DNA of 64,000 nt from Eledone cirrhosa. Taxonomy: Eukaryota. The notes under the pieces were generated by a model that worked only from the letters and a program-made list of their open reading frames with translations, made no database searches and was not told the origin of the DNA. Positions 1 to 14,500 of this stretch are shown piece by piece. Both the position numbers and the translations under genes were made by a program. The first letter of the stretch is position 1, and each line of letters begins with the position of its first letter. The DNA lies in NCBI GenBank assembly GCA_964016885.1, contig OZ024744.1:19468001-19532000 (forward strand), in the 5' to 3' direction.

Positions 1-51
1 AAATTATAAACGTAAACATGTAAGTATGTTTTTGAAACGGTGCGCTCGTTT

Positions 52-72
52 GAAATTAGAAATTAGAAATTA
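52..72 (+). repeat. Internal 7-bp micro-repeat (GAAATTA)n in each monomer; n=3 in the consensus, range 1-4
   Basis: n=2 at about 4402 and 9258. n=4 at about 12140, 12727, 16500, 18253 and 29607. n=1 at about 30774, 34827, 35683, 44636 and 59976. Confidence 0.95.
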
Positions 73-159
73 TAAGCTTTCACCGTATTTTAGAATAAAG
101 AAATTTATAGCTTGATAGTTGGGTTTATAACCCTCGGAGAAATGGAAAAAGATGAGTGT

Positions 160-230
160 TGCCATACATGGGAGTCCAACCCACATATTTGGTTATCCAG
201 ACCACTGTGCTACCATTACACTAATACACA
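160..230 (-). pseudogene. First tRNA-like copy, with a mutated B box (C56->G)
   Basis: The plus strand reads GGAGTCCAAC at 171-180 instead of GGAGTCGAAC. Confidence 0.7.
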
Positions 231-1029
231 TCCCATCTCCTTCCATTCGAATTAGAAGCTATGAGTTTCGCAAGTGAATGATAAACAAGCAAATTATAAA
301 CGCAAACATGTAAGTATGTTTTTGAAACGGTGCGCTCGTTTAAAATTAGAAATTAGAAATTATTATCTTTCACCGTATTTTAGACTAAAGAAATTTATAG
401 CTTGATAGTGGGGATTATAACCCTAGGAGAAATGGAAAAAGATGAGTGTTGCCATACCTGGGAGTCGAACCCACATCTTTGGTTATCCAGACCAATGTGC
501 TACCATTACAAGAATACACATCCCATCTCCTTCCATTCGAATTAGAAGCGATGAACTTAGCAAGTGAATGATAAACAAGCAAATTAAAAACGTAAACATC
601 TAAGTATGTATTTGAAACGGTGCGCTCATTTGAAATTAGAAATTAGGAATTATAAGCTTTCACCGTATTTTAGACTAAAGAAATTTATAGCTTGATAGTG
701 GGGATTATAACCCTCGTAGAAATGGAAAAAGATGAGTGTTGCCATTCATGGGAGTCGAACCCACATGTTTGGTTATCCAGACCACTGTGCTACCATTACA
801 CCAATACACATCCCATCTCCTTCCATTCGAATTAGAAGCTATGAACTTAGCAAGTGAATGATAAACAAGCAAATTATAAACGTAAACATGTAAGTATGTA
901 TTTGAAACGGTGCGCTCGTTTGAAACTAGAAATTAGAAATTATAAGCTTTCGCCGTATTTTAGACTAAAGAAATTTATAGCTTGATAGTGGGGATTATAA
1001 CCCTAGGAGAAATGGAAAAAGATGAGTGT

Positions 1030-1100
1030 TGCCATACCTGGGAGTCGAACCCACATCTTTGGTTATCCAGACCAATGTGCTACCATTACACGAATACACA
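1030..1100 (-). pseudogene. tRNA-like copy with a fully paired 5-bp anticodon stem (TTGGT/ACCAA) but with G65 and C9 changes
   Basis: Plus-strand ACCAATGTGC at 1071-1080 gives T27, which pairs with A43. The same variant occurs at about 491, 6508 and 7668. Confidence 0.65.
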
Positions 1101-1740
1101 TCCCATCTCCTTCCATTCGAATTAGAAGCTATGAACTTAGCAAGTGAATGATAAACAAGCAAATTATAAACGTAAACATGTAAGTATGCTTTTGAAACGG
1201 TGCGTTCGTTTGAAACTAGAAATTAGAAATTATAAGCTTTCACCGTATTTTAGACTAAAGAAATTGATAGCTTGATAGTGGGCATTATAACCCTCGGAGA
1301 AATGGAAAAAGATGAGTGTTGCCATACATGGGAGTCGAACCCACATATATTGTTATCCAGACCGCTGTGCTACCATTACACCAATACACATCCCATCTCC
1401 TTCCATTCGAATTAGAAGCTATGAACTGAGCAAGTGAATGATAGACAAGCAAATTATAAACGTAAACATGTAAGTATGTTTTTGAAACGGTGCGCGAGTT
1501 TGAAATTAGAAATTAGAAATTATAAGCTTTCACCGTATTTTAGACTAAAGAAATGTATAGCTTGATAGTGGGGTTTATAACCCAAGGAGAAATGGAAAAA
1601 GATGAGTGTTGCCGTACCTGGGAGTCGAACCCACATATTTGGTTATCCAGACCACTGTGCTACCATTACACCCATACACATCCCATCTCCTTCCATTCGA
1701 ATTAGACGCTATGAACTTAGCAAGTGAATGATAAACAAGC

Positions 1741-4633
1741 AAATTATAAACGTAAACATGTAAGTATGTTTTTGAAACGGGGCGCTCGTTTGAAATTAGA
1801 AATTAGAAATTATAAGCTTTCACCGTATTTTAGACTAAAGAAATTTATAGCTTGATAGTGGGGATTATAATCCTCGGAGAAATGGAAAAAGATGAGTGTT
1901 GCCATACATGGGTGTCGAACCGAAATATTTCGTTATCCAGACCACTCTGCTACCATTACACCAATACACATCCCATCTCCTTCCATTCGAATTAGAAGCT
2001 ATGAACTTAGCAAGTGAATGATAAACGAGCAAATTATAAACGTAAACATGTAAGTATGTTTTTGAAACGGTGCGCTCGTTTGAAACTAGAAATTAGAAAT
2101 CATAAGCTTTCACCGTATTTTAGACTAAAGAAATTCATAGCTTGATAGTGGGGTTTATAACCCAAGGAGAAATGGAAAAAGATGCGTGTTGCCATACCTG
2201 GGAGTCGAACCCGCATATTTTGTTATCCAGACCATTGTGCTACCATTACACCAATACACATCCCATCTCCTTCCATTCGAATTAGAAGCTATGAACTTAG
2301 CAAGTGAATGATAAACAAGCAAATTATAAACGTAAACATGTAAGTATGTTTTTGAAACGGTGCGCGAGTTTGAAATTAGAAATTAGAAATTATAAGCTTT
2401 CACCGGATTTTAGACTAAAGACATGTATAGCTTGATAGTGGGGTTTATAACCCTCGGAGAAATGGAAAAAGATGAGTGTTGCCATACATGGGTGTCGAAC
2501 CGATATATTTCGTTATCCAGACCACTGTGATACCATTACACCAATACACATCCCATCTCCTTCCATTCGAATTAGAAGCTATGAACTTAGCAAGTGAATG
2601 ATAAACGAGAAAATTATATACGTAAACATGTAAGTATGTTTTTGAAACGGTGCGCTCGTTTGAAACTAGAAATTAGAAATTATAATCTTTCACCGTATTT
2701 TAGACTAAAGAAATTTATAGCTTGATAGTGGGGATTATAACCCTTGGAGAAATGGAAAAAGACGAGTGTTGCCATACATAGGATTCGAACGCACATCTTT
2801 GGTTATCCAGTCCCCTGTCCTACCATTAGACCAATACACATCCCATCTCCTTCCATTCCAATTAGAAGCTATGAACTTAGCAAGTGAATGATAAACAAGC
2901 AAATTATAAACGTAAACATGTAAGTATGTGTTTGAAACGGTGCGCTCGTTTGAAATTAGAAATTAGAAATTATAAGCTTTCACCGTATTTTAGACTAAAG
3001 AAATTTATAGCTTGATAGTGGGGATTATAACTCTCGGAGAAATGGAAAAAGATGAGTGTTGCCATACATGGGAGTCGAACCCACATCTTTGGTTATCCAA
3101 ACCACTGTCCTACCATTAGACCAATACACATCCCATCTCCTTCCATTCGAATTAGAAGCTATGAACTTAGCAAGTGAATGATAAACAAGCAAATTATAAA
3201 CGTAAACATGTAAGTATGTTTTTGAAACGGTGCGCTCGTTTGAAATTAGAAATTAGAAATTATAAGCTTTCACCGTATTTTAGACTAAAGAAATTTATAG
3301 CTTGATAGTGGGGATTATAATCCTCGGAGAAATGGAAAAAGATGAGTGTTGCCATACATGGGTGTCGAACCGAAATATTTCGTTATCCAGACCACTCTGC
3401 TACCATTACACCAAAACACATCCCATCTCCTTCCATTCGAATTAGAAGCTATGAACTTAGCAAGTGAATGATAAACGAGCAAATTATAAACGTAAACATG
3501 TAAGTATGTTTTTGAAACGGTGCGCTCGTTTGAAACTAGAAATTAGAAATCATAAGCTTTCACCGTATTTTAGACTAAAGAAATTCATAGCTTGATAGTG
3601 GGGATTATAACCCAAGGAGAAATGGAAAAAGATGAGTGTTGCCATACCTGGGAGTCGAACCCGCATATTTTGTTATCCAGACCATTGTGCTACCATTACA
3701 CCAATACACATCCCATCTCCTTCCATTCGAATTAGAAGCTATGAACTTAGCAAGTGAATGATAAACAAGCAAATTATAAACGTAAACATGTAAGTATGTT
3801 TTTGAAACGGTGCGCGAGTTTGAAATTAGAAATTAGAAATTATAAGCTTTCACCGGATTTTAGACTAAAGACATGTATAGCTTGATAGTGGGGTTTATAA
3901 CCCTCGGAGAAATGGAAAAAGATGAGTGTTGCCATACAAGGGTGTCGAACCGAAATATTTCGTTATCCAGACCACTGTGATACCATTACACCAATACACA
4001 TCCCATCTCCTTCCATTCGAATTAGAAGCTATGAACTTAGCAAGTGAATGATAAACGAGAAAATTATATACGTAAACATGTAAGTATGTTTTTGAAACGG
4101 TGCGCTCGTTTGAAACTAGAAATTAGAAATTATAAGCTTTCACCGTATTTTAGACTAAATAAATTTATAGCTTGATAGTGGGGATTATAACCCTTGGAGA
4201 AATGGAAAAAGGCGAGTGTTGCCATACATAGGATTCGAACGCACATCTTTGGTTATCCAGTCCCCTGTCCTACCATTAGACCAATACACATCCCATCTCC
4301 TTCCATTCCAATTAGAAGCTATGAACTTAGCAAGTGAATGATAAACAAGCAAATTATAAACGTAAACATGTAAGTATGTGTTTGAAACGGTGCGCTCGTT
4401 TGAAATTAGAAATTATAAGCTTTCACCGTATTTTAGACTAAAGAAATTTATAGCTTGATAGTGGGGATTATAACTCTCGGAGAAATGGAAAAAGATGAGT
4501 GTTGCCATACATGGGAGTCGAACCCACATCTTTGGTTATCCAAACCACTGTCCTACCATTAGACCAATACACATCCCATCTCCTTCCATTCGAATTAGAA
4601 GCTATGAACTTAGCAAGTGAATGATAAACAAGC
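1741..4633. repeat. 5-monomer higher-order duplication (period 1450 bp)
   Basis: Private variants repeat at +1450: TCCTCGG (1871/3321), CATAAGC (2101/3551) and TCCCCTGTCC (2811/4261). Confidence 0.9.
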
Positions 4634-7600
4634 AAATTATAAACGTAAACATGGAAGTATGTTTTTGAAACGGTGCGCTCGTTTGAAATTAGAAATTAGA
4701 AATTATAAGCCTTCACCGTATTTTAGACTAAAGAAATTTATAGCTTGATAGTGGGGATTATAATCCTCGGAGAAATGGAAAAAGATGAGTGTTGCCATAC
4801 ATGGGAGTCGAACCCACATGTTTGGTTATCCAGACCACTGTGCTACCATTACACCAATACACATCCCATCTCCTTCCATTCGAATTAGAAGCTATGAACT
4901 TAGCAAGTGAATGATAAACAAACAAACTATAAACGTAAACATGTAAGTATGTTTTTGAAACGGTGCGCGAGTTTGAAACTAGAAATTAGAAATTATAAGC
5001 TTTCACCGTATTTTAGACTAAAGAAATTTATAGCTTGATAGTGGGGATTATAACCCTCGGAGAAATGGAAAAAGATGAGTGTTGCCATACATGGGAGTCG
5101 AACCCACATATATTGTTATTCAGACCGCTGTGCTACCATTACACCAATACACATCCCATCTCCTTCCATTCGAATTAGAAGCTATGAACTTAGCAAGTGA
5201 ATGATAGACAAGCAAATTATAAGCTTTCGCCGTATTTTAGACTAAAGAAATTTATAGCTTGATAGTGGGGTTTATAACCCTCGGAGAAATGGAAAAAGAT
5301 GAGTGTTGCCATACCTGGGAGTCGAACCCACATATTTGGTTATCCAGACCACTGTGCTACCATTACAACCAGACACATCCCATCTCCTTCCATTCGAATT
5401 AGAAGCTATGAACTTAGCAAGTGAATGATAAACTAGCAAATTATAAACGTAAACATGTAAGTATGTTTTTGAAACGGTGCGCTCGTTTGAAACTAGAAAT
5501 TAGAAATTATAAGCTTTCACCGTATTTTAGACTAAAGAAATTTATAGCTTGATAGTGGGGATTATAACCCTCGGAGAAATGGAAAAAGATGAGTGTTGCC
5601 ATACATGGGAGTCGAACCCACATGTTTGGTTATCCAGATCACTGTGCTACCATTACACCAATACACATCCCATCTCCTTCCATTCGAATTAGAAGCTATG
5701 AACTTAGCAAGTGAATGATAAACAAGCAAATTATAAACGTAAACATGTAAGTATGTGTTTGAAACGGTGCGCTCGTTTGAAATTAGAAATTAGAAATTAT
5801 AAGCTTTCACCGTATTTTAGACTAAAGAAATTTATAGCTTGTTAGTGGGGATTATAATCCTCGGAGAAATGGAAAAAGATGAGTGTTGCCATACCTGGGA
5901 GTTGAACACACATCTTTGGTTATCCAGACCACTGTGCTACCATTACACGAATACACATCCCATCTCCTTCCATTCGAATTAGAAGCTATGAACTTAGCAA
6001 GTGAATGATAAACGAGCAAATTATAAACATAAACATGTAAGTATGTTTTTGAAACGGTGCGCTCGTTTGAAATTAGAAATTAGAAATTATAAGCTTTCAC
6101 CGTATTTTAGACCAAAGAAATTTATAGCTTGATAGTGGGGATTATAAGCCCCGGAGAAATGGAAAAAGATGAGTGTTGCCATACATCGGAGTCGAACCCA
6201 CATCTTTGGTTATCCAGATCACTGTCCTACCATTAGACCAATACACATCCCATCTCCTTCCATTCGAATTAGAAGCTATGAACTTAGCAAGTGAATGATA
6301 AACGAGCAAATTATAAACGTAAACATGTAAGTATGTTTTTGAAACGGTGCTCGAGTTTGAAATTAGAAATTAGAAATTATAAGCTTTCACCGTATTTTAG
6401 ACTAAAGACATTTATAGCTTGATAGTGGGGATTATAACCCTAGAAGAAATGGAAAAAGATGAGTGTTGCCATACCTGGGAGTCGATCCCACATCTTTGGT
6501 TATCCAGACCAATGTGCTACCATTACACGAATACACATTCCATCTCCGTCCATTCGAATTAGAAGCTATGAACTTAGCAAGTGAATGATAAACAAGCAAA
6601 TTATAAACGTAAACATGTAAGTATGTTTTTGAAACGGTGCGCGAGTTTGAAATTAGAAATTAGAAATTATAAGCTTTCACCGGATTTTAGACTAAAGACA
6701 TGTATAGCTTGATAGTGGGGTTTATAACCCTCGGAGAAATGGAAAAAGATGAGTGTTGCCATACATGGGTGTCGAACCGATATATTTCGTTATCCAGACC
6801 ACTGTGCTACCATTACACCAATACACATCCCATCTCCTTCCATTCGAATTAGAAGCTATGAACTTAGCAAGTGAATGATAAACGAGCAAATTATAAACAT
6901 AAACATGTAAGTATGTTTTTGAAACAGTGCGCTCGTTTGAAATTAGAAATTAGAAATTATAAGCTTTCACCGTATTTTAGACTAAAGAAATTTATAGCTT
7001 GATAGTAGGGATTATAAGCCTCGGAGAAATGGAAAAAGATGAGTGTTGCCATACATGGGAGTCGAACCCACATCTTTGGTTATCCAGATCACTGTCCTAC
7101 CATTAGACCAATACACATCCCATCTCCTTCCATTCGAATTAGAAGCTATGAACTTAGCAAGTGAATGATAAACAAGCAAATTATAAACGTAAACATGTAA
7201 GTATGTTTTTCAAACAGTGCGCGAGTTTGAAATTAGAAATTAGAAATTATAAGCTTTCACCGTATTTTTGACTAAAGAAATTTATAGCTTGATAGTGGGG
7301 ATTATAATCCTCGGAGAAATGGAAAAATATGAGTGTTGCCATACCTGGGAGTTGAACACACATCTTTGGCTATCCAGACCACTGTGCTACCATTACACGA
7401 ATTCACATCCCATCTCCTTCCATTCGAATTAGAAGCTATGAACTTAGCAAGTGAATGATAAACGAGCAAATTATAAACGTAAACATGTAAGTATGTTTTT
7501 GAAACGGTGCTCGAGTTTGAAATTAGAAATTAGAAATTATAAGCTTTCACCGTATTTTAGACTAAAGAAATTTATAGCTTGATAGTGGGGATTATAACCC

Positions 7601-10600
7601 TAGGAGAAATGGAAAAAGATGAGTGTTGCCATACCTGGGAGTCGAACCCACATCTTTGGTTATCCAGACCAATGTGCTACCATTACACGAATACACATCC
7701 CTTCTCCGTCCATTCGAATTAGAAGCTATGAACTTAGCAAGTGAATGATAAACGAGCAAATTATAAACGTAAACATGTAAGTATGTTTTTGAAACGGTGC
7801 GCTCGTTTGAAACTAGAAATTAGAAATTATAAGCTTTCACCGTATTTTAGACTAAAGAAATTTATAGCTTGATAGTGGGGATTATAATCCTCGGAGAAAT
7901 GGAAAAAGATGAGTGTTGCTATACCTGGGAGTCGAACACACATCTTTGGTTATCCAGACCACTGTGCTACCATTACAGCGATACACATCCCATTCCCTTC
8001 CATTTGAAATAGAAGCTACGAACTTAGCAAGTGAATGATAAACAAGCAAATTACAAACGCAAACATGTAAGTATGTTTTTGAAACGGTGCACGAGTTTGA
8101 AATTATAAATTAGAAATTATAAGCTTTCACCGTATTTTAGACTAAAGATATGTATAGCTTGATAGTGGGGTTTATAACCCTAGGATAAATGGAAAAAGAT
8201 GAGTGTTGCCATACCTGGGAGTCGAACCCACATCTTTGGTTATCCAGACCACTGTCCTACCATTAGACCAATACACATCCCATCTCCTTCCATTCGAATT
8301 AGAAGCTACGATGTTAGCAAGTGAATGATAAACAAGCAAATTATAAACGTACTCATGTAAGTTTTTTTTTGAAACGGTGCGCGAGTTTGAAATTAGAAAT
8401 TAGAAATTATAAGCTTTCACCGGATTTTAGACTAAAGACATGTATAGCTTGATAGTGGGTTTTATAACCCTCGGAGAAATGGAAAAAGATGAGTGTTGCC
8501 ATACATGTGTGCCGAACCGATATATTTCATTATCCAGACCACTGTGATACCATTACACCAATACACATCCCATCTCCTTCCATTCAAATTAGAAGCTATG
8601 AACTTAGCAAGTGAATGATAAACAAGCAAATTATAAACGTAAACATGTAAGTATGTTTTTGAAACGGTGCGCGAGTTTGAAATTAGAAATTAGAAATTAT
8701 AAGCTTTCACCGGATTTTAGACTAAAGAAATGTATAGCTTGATAGTGGGGTTTATAACCCTCGGAGAAATGGAAAAAGATGAGTGTTGCCATACCTCGGA
8801 GTCGAACACAAATATTTTGTTATCCAGACCACTGAGCTACCATTACACCAATACACATCCCATCTCCTTCCATTCGAATTAGAAGCTATGAACTTAGCAA
8901 GTGAATGATAAACAAGCAAATTATAAACGTAAACATGTAAGTAAGTTTTTGAAACGGTGCGCTCGTTTGAAATTAGAAATTAGAAATTATAAGCTTTCAC
9001 CGTATTTTAGAATAAAGAAATGTATAGCTTGATAGTGGGGTTTATAACCCTCGGAGAAATGGAAAAAGATGAGTGTTGCCATACATGGGAGTCGAACCCA
9101 CATATTTGTTATCCAGACCACTGTGCTACCATTACACCAATACACATCCCATCTCCTTCCATTCGAATTAGAAGCTATGAACTTAGCAAGTGAATGATAA
9201 ACAAGCAAATTATAAACGTAAACATGTAAGTATGTTTTTGAAACGGTGCGCGAGTTTGAAATTAGAAATTATAAGCCTTCACCGGATTTTAGAATAAAGA
9301 AATTTATAGCTTCATAGTGGGGTTTATAACCCTCGGAGAAATGGAAAAATATGAGTGCTGCCATACATGGGAGTCGAACCCACATATTTGGTTATCCAGA
9401 CCACTGTGCTACCATTACACCAATACACATCCCATCTCCTTCCATTCGAATTAGAAGCTGTGAAATTAGCAAGTGAATGATAAACAAGCAAATTATAAAC
9501 GTAAACATGTAAGTATGTTTTTGAAACTGTGCGCGAGTTTGAAATTAGAAATTAGAAATTATAAGCTTTCACCGGATTTTAGACTAAAGAAATGTATAGC
9601 TTGATAGTGGGGTTTATAACCCTAGGAGAAATGGAAAAAGATAAGTGTTGCCATACCTGGTAGTCGAACCCACATATTTTGTTATCCAGACCACTGTGCT
9701 ACCATTACACCAATACACATCCCATCTCCTTCCATTCGAATTTGAAGCTATGAACTTAGCAAGTGAATGATAAACAAGCAAATTATAAACGTAAACATGT
9801 AAGTTTTTTTTGAAACGGTGCGCGATTTTGAAATTAGAAATTAGAAATTATAAGCTTTCACCGGATTTTAGACTAAAGACATGTATAGCTTGATAGTGGG
9901 GCTTATAACCCTCGGAGAAATGGAAAAAGATGAGTGTTGCCATACATGGGTGTCGAACCGATATATTTCATTATCCAGACCACTGTGATACCATTACACC
10001 AATACACATCCTATCTCCTTCCATTCGAATTAGAAGCTATGAACTTAGCAAGTGAATGATAAACGAGAAAATTATATACGTAAACATGTAAGTATGTTTT
10101 TGAAACGGTGCGCTCGTTTGAAACTAGAAATTAGAAATTATAATCTTTCACCGTATTTTAGACTAAAGAAATGTATAGCTTGATAGTGGGGAATATAACC
10201 CTTGAAGAAATGGAAAAAGATGAGTGTTGCTTTACATGGGATTCGAACCCACATCTTTGGTTATCCAGACCACTGTCCTACCATTAGACCAATACACATC
10301 CCATCTCCTTCCATTCGAATTAGAAGCTATGAACTTAGCAACTGAATGATAAACAAGCAAATTATAAACGTAAACATGTAAGTATATTTTTGAAACGGTG
10401 CGCGAGTTTGAAATTAGAAATTAGAAATTAAAAGCATTCACCGGATTTTAGAATAAAGAAATTTATGGCTTGATAGTGGGGTTTATAACCCTCGGAGAAA
10501 TGGAAAAAGATGAGTGTTGCCATACATGGGAGTCGAACCCACATATTTGTTTATCCAGACCACTGTGCTACCATTACACCAATACACATCCCATCTCCTT

Positions 10601-11520
10601 CCATTCGAATTAGAAGCTATGAACTTAGCAAGTGAATGATAAACAAGCAAATTATAAACGTAAACATGTAAGTATGTTTTTGAAACGGGGCGCTCGTTTG
10701 AAATTAGAAATTAGAAATTATTAGCTTTCACCGGATTTTAGACTAAAGACATGTATAGCTTGATAGTGGGGTTCATAACCCTCGGAGAAATGGAAAAAGA
10801 TGAGTGTTGCCATACACGGGTGCCGAACCGATATATTTCATTATCCAGACCACTGTGATACCATTACACCAATACACATCCCATCTCCTTCCATTCGAAT
10901 TAGAAGCTATGAACTTAGCAAGTGAATGATAAACGAGAAAATTATATACGTAAACATGTAAGTATGTTTTTGAAACGGTGCGCTCGTTTGAAACTAGAAA
11001 TTAGAAATTATAATCTTTCACCGTATTTTAGACTAAAGAAATTTATAACTTGATAGTGGGGATTATAACCCTTGGAGAAATGGAAAAAGATGAGTGTTGC
11101 CTTACATGGGATTCGAACCCACATCTTTGGTTATCCAGACCACTGTCCTACCATTAGACCAATACACATCCCATCTACTTCCATTCGAATTAGAAGCTAT
11201 GAACTTAGCAAGTGAATGATAAACAAGCAAATTATAAACGTAAACATGTAAGTATATGTTTGAAACGGTGCGCTCGTTTGAAATTAGAAATTAGAAATTA
11301 TAAGCTTTCACCGTATTTTAGACTAAAGAAATTTATAGCTTGATAGTGGGGATTATAACCCTCGGAGAAATGGAAAAAGATGAGTGTTGCCATACATGGG
11401 AGTCGAACCCACATCTTTGGTTATCCAGACCACTGTGCTACCATTACACTAATACACATCCCATCTCCTGGCATTCGAATTAGAAGCTATGTACTTAGCA
11501 AGTGAATGATAAACAAGCAA

Positions 11521-14500
11521 ATTATAAACGTAAACATGTAAGTATGTTTTTGAAACGGTGCGCGATTTTGAAATTAGAAATTAGAAATTATAAGCTTTCA
11601 CCGGATTTTAGACTAAAGACATGTATAGCTTGATAGTGGGGCTTATAACCCTCGGAGAAATGGAAAAAGATGAGTGTTGCCATACATGGGTGTCGAACCG
11701 ATATATTTCATTATCCAGACCACTGTGATACCATTACACCAATACACATCCTATCTCCTTCCATTCGAATTAGAAGCTATGAACTTAGCAAGTGAATGAT
11801 AAACGAGAAAATTATATACGTAAACATGTAAGTATGTTTTTGAAACGGTGCGCTCGTTTGAAACTAGAAATTAGAAATTATAATCTTTCACCGTAAAGAA
11901 ATGTATAGCTTGATAGTGGGGATTATAACCCTTGAAGAAATGGAAAAAGATGAGTGTTGCTTTACATGGGATTCGAACCCACATCTTTGGTTATCCAGAC
12001 CACTGTCCTACCATTAGACCAATACACATCCCATCTCCTTCCATTCGAATTAGAAGCTATGAACTTAGCAACTGAATGATAAACAAGCAAATTATAAACG
12101 TAAACATGTAAGTATATTTTTGAAACGGTGCGCGAGTTTGAAATTAGAAATTAGAAATTAGAAATTAAAAGCATTCACCGGATTTTAGAATAAAGAAATT
12201 TATAGCTTGATAGTGGGGTTTATAACCCTCGGAGAAATGGAAAAGGATGAGTGTTGCCATACATGGGAGTCGAACCCACATATTTGTTTATACAGACCAC
12301 TGTGCTACCATTACACCAATACACATCCCATCTCCTTCCATTCGAATTAGAAGCTATGAACTTAGCAAGTGAATGATAAACAAGCAAATTATAAACGTAA
12401 ACATGTAAGTATGTTTTTGAAACGGTGCGCTCGTTTGAAATTAGAAATTAGAAATTATAAGCTTTCACCGGATTTTAGACTAAAGACATGTATAGCTTGA
12501 TAGTGGGGTTCATAACCCTCGGAGAAATGGAAAAAGATGAGTGTTGCCATACACGGGTGCCGAACCGATATATTTCATTATCCAGACCACTGTGATACCA
12601 TTACACCAATACACATCCCATCTCCTTCCATTCGAATTAGAAGCTATGAACTTAGCAAGTGAATGATAAACGAGAAAATTATATACGTAAACATGTAAGT
12701 ATGTTTTTGAAACGGTGCGCGAGTTTGAAACTAGAAATTAGAAATTAGAAATTATAAGCCTTCACCGGATTTTAGAATAAAGAAATTTATAACTTGATAG
12801 TGGGGTTTATAACCCTCGGAGAAATGGAAAAAGATGAGTGCTGCCATACATGGGAGTCGAACCCACATATTTGGTTATCCAGACCACTGTGCTACCATTA
12901 CACCAATACACATCCCATCTCCTTCCATTCGAATTAGAAGCTATGAACTTAGCAAGTGAATGATAAACAAGCAAATTATAAACGTAAACATGTAAGTATG
13001 TTTTTGAAACGGTGCGCTCGTTTGAAATTAGAAATTAGAAATTATAAGCTTTCACCGTATTTTAGACTAAAGAAATTTATAGCTTGATAGTGGGGATTAT
13101 AACCCTCGGAGAAATGGAAAAAGATGAGTGTTGCCATACATGGGAGTCGAACCCACATATTTGGTTATCCAGACCATTGTGCTACCATTACACCAATACA
13201 CATCCCATCTCCTTCCTTTCGAATTAGAAGCTATGAACTTAGCAAGTGAATGATAAACAAGCAAATTATAAACGTAAACATGTAAGTATGTATTTGAAAC
13301 GGTGCGCTCGTTTGAAATTAGAAATTAGAAATTATAAGCTCTCACCGTATTTTAGAATTAAGAAATTTATAGCTTGATAGTGGTGTTTATAACCCTCGGA
13401 GAAATGGAAAAAAGATGAGTGTTGCCATACATGGGAGTCGAACCCACGTATTTGGTTATCCAGACCACTGTGCTACCATTACACCAATACACATCCCAAC
13501 TCCTGGCATTCGAATTAGAAGCTATGTACTTAGCAAGTGAATGATAATCAAGCAAATTATAAACGTAAACATGTATGTTTTTGAAACGGTGCGCGAGTTT
13601 GAAATTAGAAATTAGAAATTATAAGCTTTCACCGTATTTTAGAATAATGAAATTTATAGCTTGATAGTGGGGTTTATAACCCTCGGAGAAATGTAAAAAG
13701 ATGAGTGTTGCCATACATGGGAGTCGAACCCACATATTTGTTATCCAGACCACTGTGCTACCATTACACCAATACACATCCCATCTCCTTCCATTCGAAT
13801 TAGAAGCTATGAACTTAGCAAGCGAATGATAAACAAGCAAATTATAAACGTAAACATGTAAGTATGTTTTTGAAACGGTGCGCGATTTTGAAATTAGAAA
13901 TTAGAAATTATAAGCTTTCACCGGATTTTAGACTAAAGACATGTATAGCTTGATAGTGGGGCTTATAACCCTCGGAGAAATGGAAAAAGATGAGTGTTGC
14001 CATACATGGGTGTCGAACCGATATATTTCATTATCCAGACCACTGTGATACCATTACACCAATACACATCCTATCTCCTTCCATTCGAATTAGAAGCTAT
14101 GAACTTAGCAAGTGAATGATAAACGAGAAAATTATATACGTAAACATGTAAGTATGTTTTTGAAACGGTGCGCTCGTTTGAAACTAGAAATTAGAAATTA
14201 TAATCTTTCACCGTAAAGAAATGTATAGCTTGATAGTGGGGATTATAACCCTTGAAGAAATGGAAAAAGATGAGTGTTGCTTTACATGGGATTCGAACCC
14301 ACATCTTTGGTTATCCAGACCACTGTCCTACCATTAGACCAATACACATCCCATCTCCTTCCATTCGAATTAGAAGCTATGAACTTAGCAACTGAATGAT
14401 AAACAAGCAAATTATAAACGTAAACATGTAAGTATATTTTTGAAACGGTGCGCGAGTTTGAAATTAGAAATTAGAAATTAGAAATTAAAAGCATTCACCG

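Noticed and set aside
26-60. CENP-B-box-like motif (TCGTTTGAAA, TTTGAAACGG; TCGTTGGAAAC once at about 40568)
   Set aside because: The required TTCG and CGGG halves never occur together at the correct spacing, so this is only a partial resemblance.
157-160. Encoded CCA end
   Set aside because: The minus strand reads A-ACA after C72, not NCCA. This is consistent with a eukaryotic-type trailer.
240-258. Heat-shock-element-like TTC/GAA cluster
   Set aside because: The nGAAn units are not in the alternating 5-bp register an HSE requires.
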